Program-made: the position numbers and the translations under genes
Shown: in pieces, positions 45,863 through 56,910 of the stretch
Numbering within the stretch: position 1 is the first letter of the stretch
Layout: each line of letters starts with the position of its first letter
Notes under the pieces: model-generated
What the model saw: only the letters and a program-made list of their open reading frames with translations
The model's database searches: none
Told to the model about the DNA's origin: nothing
Assembly (NCBI GenBank): GCA_963815095.1
Contig: CAWFFH010000008.1
Span: 32,001 to 96,000 of the forward strand
DNA: 64,000 bases
Direction of reading: 5' to 3'
Source of the DNA: Candidatus Bathyarchaeota archaeon
Lineage (GTDB): Archaea > Thermoproteota > Bathyarchaeia > Bathyarchaeales > Bathycorpusculaceae

Positions 45863-46148
45863 TTTGACATTTTTCGAAAATCAAAAAAAAAATAATTCTT
45901 TTTGCTTTTGTATTTAAAATTTAAAGCTATAAGACTAATTCAAAGTTATTTGATTTGAAGATTGGCGTGGCGGCAGAGCGAAAATAAAGTTTAGCAAAAT
46001 ATTCGCGCTTTTAAGATCTTGGTAAGAAAACTCTGCGCTAATCACTAAAACCAATAGTTATGAAAAATTGAACTATATGCACAGAAAGAATATTAATTTC
46101 TGGCGTTGCCACCTTTTGAATTATTATCAAGAGAGGGAGCTCCAAACT

Positions 46149-46929
46149 TTGAAAAAGAAAACATTTTCCATCATTATTACAGTATTCCTTTTTACTATAC
46201 TGATGATTTCCGTGTTTATAGGAACATTAGAAATGGCGAAGGCAGATACTCAAAGCAGTGACTCAAACGGAAACCCCGACACATGGTCAATGTTCCATAA
46301 TAATTTAGGTCATACAGGTAATACCACTTCGACCTCTCCAACAACAAACCATGTTTTTGTGGAGTTATATAACAGGTAATGCTGTTGAATCTTCTCCTGT
46401 TGTTGTTGATGGGGTTGTGGATGAAAATGATGGCAAGGTTTATGCTTTGAGTTCTGACACAGGCGCTTTAATGTGGAGTCACACAATCGGCCAGAAAGTG
46501 GTCTTCTCTTGGCGTTTCAAACGGTGTAATTTATGTCGGACGCGTAAGTCCTGATCTCTCAGGCAGAGGCGCAGTTTTCGCTTTCGATGCTGCAACAGGC
46601 TCTGTATTATGGACTTTTCCAACCGATGATGCTGTTTTCTTCCCCTGCAATTGAAAATGGCGTAGTTTATATAGGCTCTGAAGATGGCAAAGTTTATGCT
46701 TTAAACGCTTCTACAGGCGCATTGATATGGAGCTTCACGACCGACGATGAAGTAACTTCTTCTCCTGCTGTTGTTAAATGGAGTGGCTTTCGTAGGTTCA
46801 CTTGATGGTAAGGTTTATGCTTTGAGTGCTGCTACAGGGGCTATGATATGGAGCTTCGCTACAGGCGATTGGGTTGCATCTTCTCCTGCTGTCGCTGGTG
46901 GTGTGGTTTTTGTAGGGACGCGGATGTAG
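46149..46929 (+). pseudogene. Secreted PQQ-like beta-propeller repeat protein, fragmented and truncated
   Basis: Signal peptide, WSMFHNNLGHTG, and repeated SSPA(V/I)..GVV(Y/F)IGS.DGKVYAL.A.TGALIW units. Confidence 0.8.
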
Positions 46930-46956
46930 AAATAATTGATTTGCATGAGTGGCGCG

Positions 46957-47013
46957 CTGTTGAATCCGGAATACTTGACCACAATCTGTTAATCCGGAAT
47001 ACTTGACCACAAT
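46957..47013 (+). repeat. Tandem direct repeat of ~28 bp
   Basis: ctgttgaatccggaatacttgaccacaat immediately followed by ctgtt-aatccggaatacttgaccacaat. Confidence 0.85.
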
Positions 47014-47179
47014 TTAAGGTCAGAAGTCTCCAGACCATTTTGCAACAACTTCTGCATAATTTGACCGAAAATAAACGGCTACAAAAAGGAATAAAAGTAA
47101 TTCAGATTCTTGATTATTAAAATTTATTAATATATGTAGTAAGTGTAATCTCAAACAAGTGACATCGGAGCCTTGAAAA

Positions 47180-48337
47180 TTGTTAGATCCAATTCCTTTA
47201 TACAAGCCTCAAAATACCATAGGCGCAGAGGTACTAGATTCAATTCGAGAAGTCCTTGAGTCTGGGTGGCTGACCATGGGTCCAAAAACAATAAAGTTTG
47301 AAGAGGTCTTTGCAAAGTATATATCATGTAAATATGGGGTAGCCACTGATTCTTGTACTTCTGCCTTGTACCTGGCTTTGGATGGCTTAGGAATAAAAAA
47401 AGGCAACTCTGTCGTGGTTCCAGTAAATACTTTCGTCGCAACCGCAAATGTAGTTAGGTGGTTAGGGGCTGAAGTCCGCTTCTGCGACGTAGGAAAAGAC
47501 GGCGAACTTGATCCAGCAAAATTAGCAACCCAACTCGAACAAGATGATAAAATCAAATGTGTTATCCCCGTTCACCTATACGGTTTTCCCTGCGATATGA
47601 AACAGATCGGTCAATTAGTCAAGAAACATGACTTAGGAATGATAGAGGACTGCGCTCAGTCTGTCGGTGCAACGTTCGGAGATAAGAAAGTTGGCAGTTT
47701 TGGAGATGCAGGTTGTTATAGTTTTTACGCTACAAAAAATATAACAACTGGGGAAGGAGGGATGCTTGTCACAAGTAGCGAAAAAATTAAAGACAGAGCT
47801 CTCCTAATAAGAAATCATGGTCAAAGCAAGACTCCAAAGGAAAAGTTCGCTCACTGGCGTTACGACGTTACTGATTTAGGCTTCAATTTTAGGATGAGCG
47901 AAATTGCGGCTGTAATTGGACTTAAACAAATGGAAAAACTTGACCTTATCATTGAATCAAGACGGAAAATAGCAAAAAGGTATAAAGAAGAGTTAGAAAA
48001 AATCGACGGCATCGAAATGCTCCATGATCCAGAATCTCACATCTATCGACAAGGCGTTTTCCATCTGCTAGAAGTCAAGGTTGAAAAACAATACCCTCTG
48101 AAAAGAGACAAACTTTATGATTTTCTAAAAAAAGAAGGGATAACAACCGGAGTTCACTATCCTCCTCTACACATGTTTTCTTACTACAAAAAGACCACAA
48201 AATATCGAAAAGGAGATTTTCCGCAAGCAGAAGCATTGTATTCAAAGATTCTTTCACTTCCAATGTTTCCATTTATGACGGAGCTTGAATTTCAGACAGT
48301 AATTAACGCTTTAAAGGCAGGAGCTCACGCAACCTGA
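47180..48337 (+). CDS. DegT/DnrJ/EryC1/StrS sugar aminotransferase
   Basis: Motifs SGWLTMGP, SCTSAL, PVHLYG, IEDCAQS, SFYATKNITTGEGG, GFNFRM, LSLPMFP. Intact. Confidence 0.93.
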   Translation: MLDPIPLYKPQNTIGAEVLDSIREVLESGWLTMGPKTIKFEEVFAKYISCKYGVATDSCTSALYLALDGLGIKKGNSVVVPVNTFVATANVVRWLGAEVRFCDVGKDGELDPAKLATQLEQDDKIKCVIPVHLYGFPCDMKQIGQLVKKHDLGMIEDCAQSVGATFGDKKVGSFGDAGCYSFYATKNITTGEGGMLVTSSEKIKDRALLIRNHGQSKTPKEKFAHWRYDVTDLGFNFRMSEIAAVIGLKQMEKLDLIIESRRKIAKRYKEELEKIDGIEMLHDPESHIYRQGVFHLLEVKVEKQYPLKRDKLYDFLKKEGITTGVHYPPLHMFSYYKKTTKYRKGDFPQAEALYSKILSLPMFPFMTELEFQTVINALKAGAHAT

Positions 48338-48481
48338 TTTTTTTTAACAGCCAACTTAAAGAATTAACTTAATGGTCTTTATTGAGATCATATTGTTAGT
48401 GTCAAACCTTGCATTGGAATTATAACGACAAAAATATGGATTGATTAAGAACATTTATTTTTAAAGGAAACGGCTTAAAGA

Positions 48482-49672
48482 ATGAAAGTTCTCTTCACGG
48501 GTGTAATACTGCAGCCTTCTTGGCCTGGCGGAGAGCCCAGCGTTGCTCGATTATTAGAAAATGTTTTCGCAACCCAAGGTATTGAGGTATCCAAATGTTT
48601 TGTACCGCGAGACCGACCGCGGAAATGGTGTCCAGTAAATCCCTTCACTTCGCAATCAGTTATGAATCAAAAAGCAGTAGGTTTGTACAAACGTCAGATG
48701 GAGAAAATCCGTCCAGACATCGTTATGACTTGGTATGATTACGATCTTTCTGCTTTCTGGGCTAGCGTACTTTCAGGAATACCTGCGATTGTTCAGGCTC
48801 AGATTCTTTGGCCTGTTTGTCCATTAAGTTGTCTCTTTAATGAGATTGATGAGTCTCCTTGTAATGGCCCAAGCAAGAGTTGCGGTCTTTGCTTAGCAAA
48901 GCGAGCAAAAGTTGTAGGAGAAATGCGTTCTGCTATACCCTCTATTGCGTGTTTACCTTTTACTCAACTTTCAATGATGAAAGTTCATAATCTTAGATCG
49001 AAACTAAGTCGTGCTTCCGCGATAGTTAGTGATAGTCTATTTCTAAAGACAATGATGGCACGATTTAAATACGACACCGCGAATGTCCACGTGATTTATA
49101 ATGGGACTGATTTTAGCAGCATCGAGCCTGCAATCCCTAGTAATAAACAAAAAATAGTGTTGTTTCTTTCTAACCAAATCAACAAACAAAAAGGAGTCTA
49201 CCATTTTATTCAACTTTCAAAAAACCTTAAACCAGAGTTCCCGGATGTTCGTTTTCTATGGGTTGGTCAAAACGAACTGGAAGGTGACACTTTTGAGACT
49301 CAGGGATACATTCGGAACAAGCAAGACCTGGAGGCTATGTTTAGGTCGAGTTATTTGCTTCTTTTGCCTTCTTTGTGGCCTGAGCCGATGAGTTATTCAG
49401 TTATTCAAGCTATGGCTCACGGAAAACCAGTAGTAGCATACGACATAGGAGCAAATAGTGAAGCGATAGTTCACCGTGAAACTGGTCTACTTGCCCCATG
49501 GGGAAATATTGATCAACTTACATCTCACGTTCGAACGCTGTTACTCGATCAAAGCCTTGCCGCTCAAATGGGCCAAAATGCCCGAAAGCGAGCAGAAGAA
49601 ATGTTTAGCATAAAACGCATGACAAACTCTTACATGAACCTTCTAGAAAAAACTCAAAGTCCTCGCGCATAA
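48482..49672 (+). CDS. GT4 glycosyltransferase with Cys-rich insert (paralog of 43420)
   Basis: Same motifs as 43420. Intact. Confidence 0.9.
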   Translation: MKVLFTGVILQPSWPGGEPSVARLLENVFATQGIEVSKCFVPRDRPRKWCPVNPFTSQSVMNQKAVGLYKRQMEKIRPDIVMTWYDYDLSAFWASVLSGIPAIVQAQILWPVCPLSCLFNEIDESPCNGPSKSCGLCLAKRAKVVGEMRSAIPSIACLPFTQLSMMKVHNLRSKLSRASAIVSDSLFLKTMMARFKYDTANVHVIYNGTDFSSIEPAIPSNKQKIVLFLSNQINKQKGVYHFIQLSKNLKPEFPDVRFLWVGQNELEGDTFETQGYIRNKQDLEAMFRSSYLLLLPSLWPEPMSYSVIQAMAHGKPVVAYDIGANSEAIVHRETGLLAPWGNIDQLTSHVRTLLLDQSLAAQMGQNARKRAEEMFSIKRMTNSYMNLLEKTQSPRA

Positions 49673-49814
49673 CGTTCTATTTTTCGGATTAAGACAAAAT
49701 TATTCTAACAAATTAGCGGTTTAATACTATGGATAACAAAGTAATAGCACACCGTATTCGCAAACTCTAAACAAACGAACTGCATTTTCAAAAGTTGATG
49801 GATTTCTGAGAAAA

Positions 49815-50922
49815 TTGTTGGACTCAAAAAAGCTCGAAGACTATTTGCGTGTAAAATCGAATTATGAGGATTCTAGCATAATCCCTAAAGATGCTACTAA
49901 CGTCAAGGTTTCTAACATTAGAACGCTTTCAGGAGGCATGACGAATAACACTTGTTCTTTCTTGCTTACATTTTCCCAGAAAGGATTTGAGCAACGTTTT
50001 GATCTTGTCATGAAAGCTTATTCTGAGAAGGTTGGTTTATGGTCTAAGATTCATCATGCAGACGAAGATATTAGACCATATGTAAGAGAATTTGAAGCTC
50101 TGAGAAGTCTTGAGAGGGCAGGTTTTCCTGTACCACATGCCTATCTTTGTGAATACGATTCATCTTTTTTTGGCTATCCGTTTTTAATAATGCAAAAGGA
50201 AAAAATAATCCAACAAAGCGTTTTCCCGATGGATCGTTTTGCTGCAACACTCGCAAGTCTCCATAATTTGAAGTGAAGGAGTTAGAGATTAAGTCTCTCA
50301 GCTTCCCTAGTGATAGTGGTTCATTCGCCAGAGAACGGCAAATTTGTTTGAAGCAATATCTAAATGAAACTAGACATTATCGGGCTCTAAAAAAACATTT
50401 CAATTATGCAATAAACTGGCTTGAGTCAAATGTTTCCAATAATAATTGTCCTCAATATTGCTTAATTCATGGTGAATACCACCCTGGTCATGGTTTACTG
50501 ACAAAAGATAATGTCTTGAAAGTAATAGATTGGGAAAGTGTCCAGATAGGCGATCCCGCGTTTGACGTCGGATATGCATATCACATGCTTAAACTGATGT
50601 ACGACCACAAAAATTTAAACTCAGGTGAAGGAGTTGCTGAACGTTTTGTCTCAGAATACAGCAAAAATTTCAAAGGCGATGTACACTCTCGGCTTGAATT
50701 CTATAAGTTGGTCGGACTTTTAGGAGTGGCTGTTGTAGTTAGCTCATGGATATCAAACCCGTTGGAGGCGTACAAAAGTTTTGGGACAAATCTTTTGCAC
50801 GTGCGCTTGCATTTCCTTTTTTTCACTCTCAATTTTTTGCAAAGAGTTGGCTAAATTAAGATTTCTTAGTTTCCTATTTACAATACAGCCAAGATTACAT
50901 TAAAACAGCTTTGAGACGATAA
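49815..50922 (+). pseudogene. APH-family phosphotransferase (paralog 3), frameshifted; catalytic loop reads HGEYHPGH
   Basis: VREFEAL..GFPVPHAYL; shift at ~50273 (missing A); IDWE; GDPAFD. Confidence 0.8.
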
Positions 50923-50990
50923 ATAAAGGTAGCTTGCTCCAATCAACTTATAAAGAAACAGGACTAAACAACGTAAATGGTCGATTCTTA

Positions 50991-52137
50991 ATGGTTCGTC
51001 AAGAAGAGGTCAGAGTTTTTCAAACTGTAGATGACATCAAAGAGTCGATTGATCAAATTTCGAACGATAGTTTCTTTACATATGGATGGTTTAAGACTTT
51101 AGAATCCTTTGGAATGCTTCCTGAACCGCTTTACTTAACTGCGAGTTATGAAGGGTCAACAATAGCGATCGCACCTTGCTTCATAGACAAGATTAACGAC
51201 TTCTTCAGTTGGGGACCAAATATATTGCCTTATCTTCATGGACTCTTGAATGTTAGTCAAAGACTTGGATTATACAAAAGAAACGTATTATTGTGTTATT
51301 CACCAGCTTGTTGTCGTACTAAAATTTTATTTGACGACAACCATAAAGACAAAACAATTCTAAATTTGTTTTCCAAAAAAATCGATGATATTTGCAAGGA
51401 ACAGAAAATTTTGTTCAGCTCATTTCTTTTTGTTTCAGAATTCGACGAACTTTTAATGAAAAATCTTGAAAGTCTAAATTACACGAAATTTCCTAATATC
51501 GTTACTTTTTATCTTGATGTCAACTGGTCAAATTTCGAGGACTATTTGAACAGCCTGAAACCTGGAATGAGAAAAAAAATTAGACGTGAGATCAAAAAAT
51601 GCTCGGAAAATGGTGTGACTATTAAAGAAGAAACAATAACTGAAAATATTGCAGAAAAACTTTCAGAGCTTGGGGCAAATGTTACTTCAAAATACAATCC
51701 TACAAGCAATAATAAACTCCCCTTCTTTTTTCTTAACACTGCAGAAATATGCAAAGGATAAAATAAGGTTGTTTGTGGCTAGAAAGAACGATGAAGTTGT
51801 TGGTTTTTCCCTTTCGCTGCAACACAAAGATGTACTTGACGTGTACATGTATGGTTCTGATTATGCAGCTCAGACAAATACATTTTTCACTTATTTCAAT
51901 CTTGCTTATTACAAACCAATTCAATTAGCAATCGATGAGAAGATAAAGAAAATATATTTTAGATATCTTAACAAAAAAGTAAGGTTAGATCGTGGCTGCA
52001 GACCTGAACAAACCTACTCATTTATTAAATGTCACAATGTATTCCTTCGGCCTTTTATGAATGCTCTGTTAAAAAGCAGACTTTACTATAAATTAAAATC
52101 ACGTTTTCTTCCCGATTATTTCAAAAGAGATCAGTAG
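50991..52137 (+). pseudogene. FemAB-like / double-GNAT-fold protein (DUF482-like), one frameshift
   Basis: FFTYGWFKTLE, WSNFEDYLNSLK..RKKIRRE, YFNLAYYKPIQLAI, RGCRP. Confidence 0.72.
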
Positions 52138-52279
52138 CTTTATGATTTTAGGACACAAAGTCTACAAAGATTGATCAATATTTGAATTATTCAAAATTTC
52201 AATTAAAATTCCTCAAGATTAGAAAGACTATTTTACCTTTCTAATAGTTTTAAAATGGCTTGTAGTCAAAATTAAGTGA

Positions 52280-53404
52280 GGTGGACTGACTTATCAATAA
52301 AAACAAGAGTTTTCAAAACTGTCGACGAATAGGCAAGACGCGATTGATTCACTGGTTGACGATGGTTTTTTTACTTATGGTTGGCTCAAAACCCTTGAAA
52401 CATCTAAACCTCCAATTAAATTGATCCTTTCTATGTGACCGCTTATTATAAACGCAAATTGGTTGCTTTTGCACCTTGTTTTCGCGATATTGCAGATCAA
52501 TATTTCCAATATGGCCCAAAAGTAATTCCTTATATGAAAAGAGTCTTGAATATATATAACCGATTACTATTCGTCAAGATCATGTTTTACTGTGTTACTC
52601 GCCTTGGTGTTTTCGTACCAAAGTCTTTTCGATAAGAATCTCGATGAGGGATTACTTTTAAGCAAATATCTGAAAAAATTGATGTTATTTGTAAGAAGGA
52701 GAAAATATTGTTCAGTTCTTTTTTGTTTGTCTCAGAGTTTGACAAAAATTTGATAACGCATCTTGAAAATCTAGGATATTATAAGTTCTTTTGGCAATCC
52801 ACTCTTTACATTGATGTTTGTTGGCGAAGCTTCGAGGATTATCTGAAAAGCCTGAGAACCACTGTAAGACACGAAGTTAGAGAGAAATAAAAAATTGCAT
52901 AGAAAACGGAATTACTATAGAAGCGGTAACTGATTTCAAGAAACTCTCAAAGATACTATCTGATTTGTCACTAAATCTTTCTTTGAAATATAACAAGTGG
53001 GCACAAAGACTCGAGCCATTTTTCTTTGAATGCTTAAGCGATTATGCAAAAGCTAATACAGTAGTTTTTGTTGCAAAGAAAAATAATGTCATAGTAGGTT
53101 TTTCATTGTTTATTCGCAAGGGAGAAACACTTGATGCCTTTATAGGCGGCTTCAACTATGAACTTCATCTAAAACTGATTTTACTTATTTTAATCTAGTT
53201 TACTACGCACCGATCAATTGGGCAATAAAAGAAGGTATTCGAAAAATTTATTATCGATGGGGCTCAGAAAAAGCGAAGTACAAACGAGGTTGCAAACCAG
53301 AAATGATATATTCCTTCGTTAAATGCCACAATAAGCTTGTGAACTCTCAAATTGGCAATTATTTGAAGCTCAGAAATAAAATAGAGATGCTTAGTAGCCT
53401 TTAA
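52280..53404 (+). pseudogene. Second FemAB-like/GNAT-fold paralog, heavily frameshifted (start approximate)
   Basis: FFTYGWLKTLE, FSSFLFVSEFD, WRSFEDYLKSL, YFNLVYYAPINWAI, KRGCKPE fragments. Confidence 0.7.
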
Positions 53405-53472
53405 GTAGCTTATTATTTACGAATATGACTGAATCTTGTCATTAAAACGATTTCAGGATTATTTAGAATAAT

Positions 53473-54372
53473 TTACTTTGCTTTAGTAAGAAAATAAACG
53501 TAATAATCCAGCATATTTGTTGGGTCAAACACTTCTTTGCCACTATTCAAACCATAAGCCTTGGTATTTGAGAACCCGGCATCATTTAACTGTTTTAGTT
53601 GTTCGCTAGGTGTGCTAAAGTAATCTCTAACAAGAAAATCTTTGTATCTAAAATAGGCCATCATGTGTTGTGTTTTTTTTCCAGTTTGTTTTATGGTTGG
53701 CCATACTTTGTGATTTAACAAGAAATTGTACGTGTTTCGATACAATATTGCTGGGTTTTTTGAAAATCTAAAAGGTGGCTTTAGCTGCCAAGAATTTAGG
53801 TTAAGTGTTGAAAAGCAAAAATAACCGCCCCTTCTAAGTACCCTTCGAATCTCACGCAGAATCGCCAGGCGATCTTCATGTTCCACAGCGTCTATCCCAT
53901 TAAAGCTAAACAAGACAAAGTCAAAATAAGCATCGTCAAAAAGGCTTAGATTTCTAGCATCCGCCCACTCAAGTCTATATTTTGGAAATTTTTCTCGACA
54001 AGCCTTTATCAAAGCGCTTGAATAATCAACCCCTACATATTCTTTAACCAAACCTGCAAAATGCTTGGTAGTGCGCCCGGTCCCCACTCCAATATCAAGC
54101 ATCCTAAAAGAAGGCAGTTCATTCCTCAATTCTTCAAGTATAGTCTTTTCAGGGATTTGTAGTTCAGTTTGAGGCAGATAATCATCTACGAAATCGTTGG
54201 ATTCATACACGCGTTTTACTTGAAAGTTACTCGAGTCATTATGCCTTAAAATTAGCGATGCAATTTCTATATTATACTCGAGAAATAGCCTGAACGATTT
54301 TTTGCCAATTTTTAACATTGCTTTAATTAATATTAGGCTCTTCCCTAAAATCTTTCTCTGCTTGCAGAACAT
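53473..54372 (-). CDS. Class I SAM methyltransferase
   Basis: MLDIGVGTGRTT, GVDYS, FDFVLFSFNGID, GGYFCFST. The true start is probably downstream of 54372. Confidence 0.85.
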   Translation of the reverse strand: MFCKQRKILGKSLILIKAMLKIGKKSFRLFLEYNIEIASLILRHNDSSNFQVKRVYESNDFVDDYLPQTELQIPEKTILEELRNELPSFRMLDIGVGTGRTTKHFAGLVKEYVGVDYSSALIKACREKFPKYRLEWADARNLSLFDDAYFDFVLFSFNGIDAVEHEDRLAILREIRRVLRRGGYFCFSTLNLNSWQLKPPFRFSKNPAILYRNTYNFLLNHKVWPTIKQTGKKTQHMMAYFRYKDFLVRDYFSTPSEQLKQLNDAGFSNTKAYGLNSGKEVFDPTNMLDYYVYFLTKAK

Positions 54373-54571
54373 AACAAAAATTTTTGTTGTTTCGAGAGTA
54401 ACTCTCCCCTATTATTAAATCTCAATACTGATTATTTGTTTGACTGTTTTGTTGAATCTGAATGATTTGAGAGGTAAACTTGGTTCCCAAAAGAAAAGCT
54501 GAATCACCTTTAATATAATCCAAAAAGCTTAAGAATGTAAAATCACCATTCGTGATTCAGTAGGTATACAA

Positions 54572-55427
54572 TTGCAACTTCTAAATTTTGTCAAATCCAG
54601 CAAAGAAGTTGTCCAACAAGTTATTACTCAGAACGTCATAACCACTGCTAACAACAAAATTGTCTATGAGTCAGAAGATATTATAAGATTTTACACAGAA
54701 CAAAACGACCTCCAAAAACCAGAAACAACGATATTAACAGAATTAAGAAATAAGCTGCCCAAGATGCGTATGCTCGATATTGGTGTTGGCGGAGGCCGAA
54801 CCACCACACACTTCGCGTTTTTAGCCAAGGAATATCTTGGAATAGATTACTCCAGCCAAATGATAAACGCTTGCATCAAAAAATTCCATGGTTCCCCCCA
54901 AAAAATTTCTTTCCTTACGGCTGACGCAAGAACAATGAAGAGTTTCAAAGATAATTCATTTGATTTTGTCCTTTTTAGCTTCAATGGCATTGATTATATG
55001 GATCATGAAGATAGGCTGGCATCTCTGCGTGAAATACGACGACTCATCAGATCAGGTGGTTATTTTTGCTTTTCAACACACAATTTAAACTTCCTATCAA
55101 ACAAATGCTCAATTCAATTATCAAAACACCCTTCTATACTTGCATCACGCACGTACAAGCTTTTGCAGATGCGTCTTCTAAACGAAAAAAGACGCTTGGA
55201 AAACAATTAGAGACTCTTCACAAAATCCACGTCATCATATGGTCAATGACGGAGCTCATAATTTTCAGTTGAAGACTTACTACATCACACCAATTGAGCA
55301 AATCAAACAGCTAAGCGAATTGGGTTTTTCAGATATCAAAATGTATAGCTTAGCGGATGGACAAGAGATTAAGAATCCAAGTAAAGCAATGGATCACTGG
55401 GTTTACTTTTTATCCAAAGCTTCTTGA
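54572..55427 (+). pseudogene. Class I SAM methyltransferase (paralog of the divergent neighbour), one frameshift
   Basis: MLDIGVGGGRTT, FDFVLFSFNGID, then NDGAHNF..YY..P.EQ..QL..GF. Confidence 0.82.
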
Positions 55428-55495
55428 AGATGCTGTATATTTTAAATTCGACGCATTATTCGATTTGAAAGTTATTGAAATAATCGTGTGGGTGA

Positions 55496-56622
55496 TTGAG
55501 AATGACAAGAAATCCTTCTAGAGTGTTAGGCAACCAGCAAAAACCCATAGGGCAAAAAGGTGTTTCAATCGTAAGTGTGCGTCCAGCCTCCATTTCGGAA
55601 TGGGATCTGATTTGGCATGAATGTGAATATTCAACATATTTCCACTCTAGGGAATGGGCTGAAATATGGAGCAAATACACAAATAGAAAGATGTTCTTAA
55701 GCCCTTTTCTTGTTTCGTTCTCAGATGGCAAAAAAGCTTTACTGCCTTTTTCATGCAGAAAAAACGAAGGATTAACACCAATTTTAACTGGCTCAACTAG
55801 ACTGTACATCTCCTCCCCTGAGTGCACTTACGGCGGTTGGATCTCTGCAAATGAACTAGGCACTAATCATGCGATCTTGTTGTTAAATTTGATAAAAAAG
55901 AAATTTAACAATTTGTCTTGGAGGTTAAACCCTTATGATTATACCGCTTTAAATTCAGGAGTTTCTATCACCGATGAGGGTGAAACTCATGCAATTAACT
56001 TGGAAGAAGGATTTGACGTGATTGCATCAAACATGTCTAAGGGTCATAGAAGTGCTGTGAAACAGGCAATTCGAAGTGGGGTTTCAGTAAGACGTTCTTC
56101 CTCAATTGAGGATTGGTTAAATTATTATCGGGTTTACGAAACCTCTGTTGACAGATGGGGGAATCGGTTGCTAGGTGAGAAATATTCCTGGGAACTCTTC
56201 CGCGACTTCTTTGCAAGGAATTCGCCGAATGTCGAACTTTGGTTAGCTATTTATCAAGATGCTGTTATTTCAGGGGCACTTTGTTTTCACTCAAAAAGAC
56301 ATTTTGTTTATTGGCATGGTGCATCAACAGATACTTACTTCACTCTTAGACCAGTGAATCTTCTTTTGTACGAAGTCATTAAGAATGCATGCGAAAGAAA
56401 GTTTACTTGGTTTGATTTCAATCCAAGCGCTGGGCTTAAAGGGGTAATTGCGTTTAAAGAAAGATTTGGGCACAAGCTTTGAAATGTCCTATTGTTAGGT
56501 TGAAGCCTAAGAATATGCGCACAGTTGCTATAGCGACAATTGGAGGCAAAATTGGTGAAATCAAAAAGCGAACAAAGTTTGCTTTGCCCACGCCATTTTT
56601 AAAAATCATCTTCAACGACTAA
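55496..56622 (+). CDS. GNAT/FemAB-like (BcsL/CelD-type) acyltransferase; probable frameshift near 56470
   Basis: STYFHSREW, YGG, RSAVKQA, YWHGAS, PVNLL, FDF..S..GV..FKERFG. A likely tail continues to 56622. Confidence 0.75.
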
Positions 56623-56892
56623 AAATTCAAAGATTTGTTAAGCTAAAGAAGGGTTCAAACAATAGTGGGGCACAATTTTTCTACAATATCTAATCCCTCG
56701 TTCATAAAAGTGCGAACTTTGATTTTAGATGCACCCCTTATTTCATCCTCTCACTTTTTAAACTTTAATTAAAGACTAGATGAAAACAGAGTTTTATTGG
56801 ATTTTTTAAAGGTTAATGTTCAGCCTCAATGGGACCTTAGTAATCGTTTTTAATTGACTTTAAAATTTATTTGAATTTACTCTACAATTTGG

Positions 56893-56910
56893 TTTTTTTT
56901 TTTTTTTTTT
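56893..56910 (+). repeat. Poly-T homopolymer (18 nt)
   Basis: Directly visible, about 150 bp upstream of the flippase. Confidence 0.85.

Noticed and set aside
46957-47013. Mini CRISPR array
   Set aside because: Two abutting copies with no spacer and no cas genes.
39215-50922. Aminoglycoside resistance genes
   Set aside because: The APH fold is broad. Context and the shared unusual tails point to glycan or metabolite kinases.
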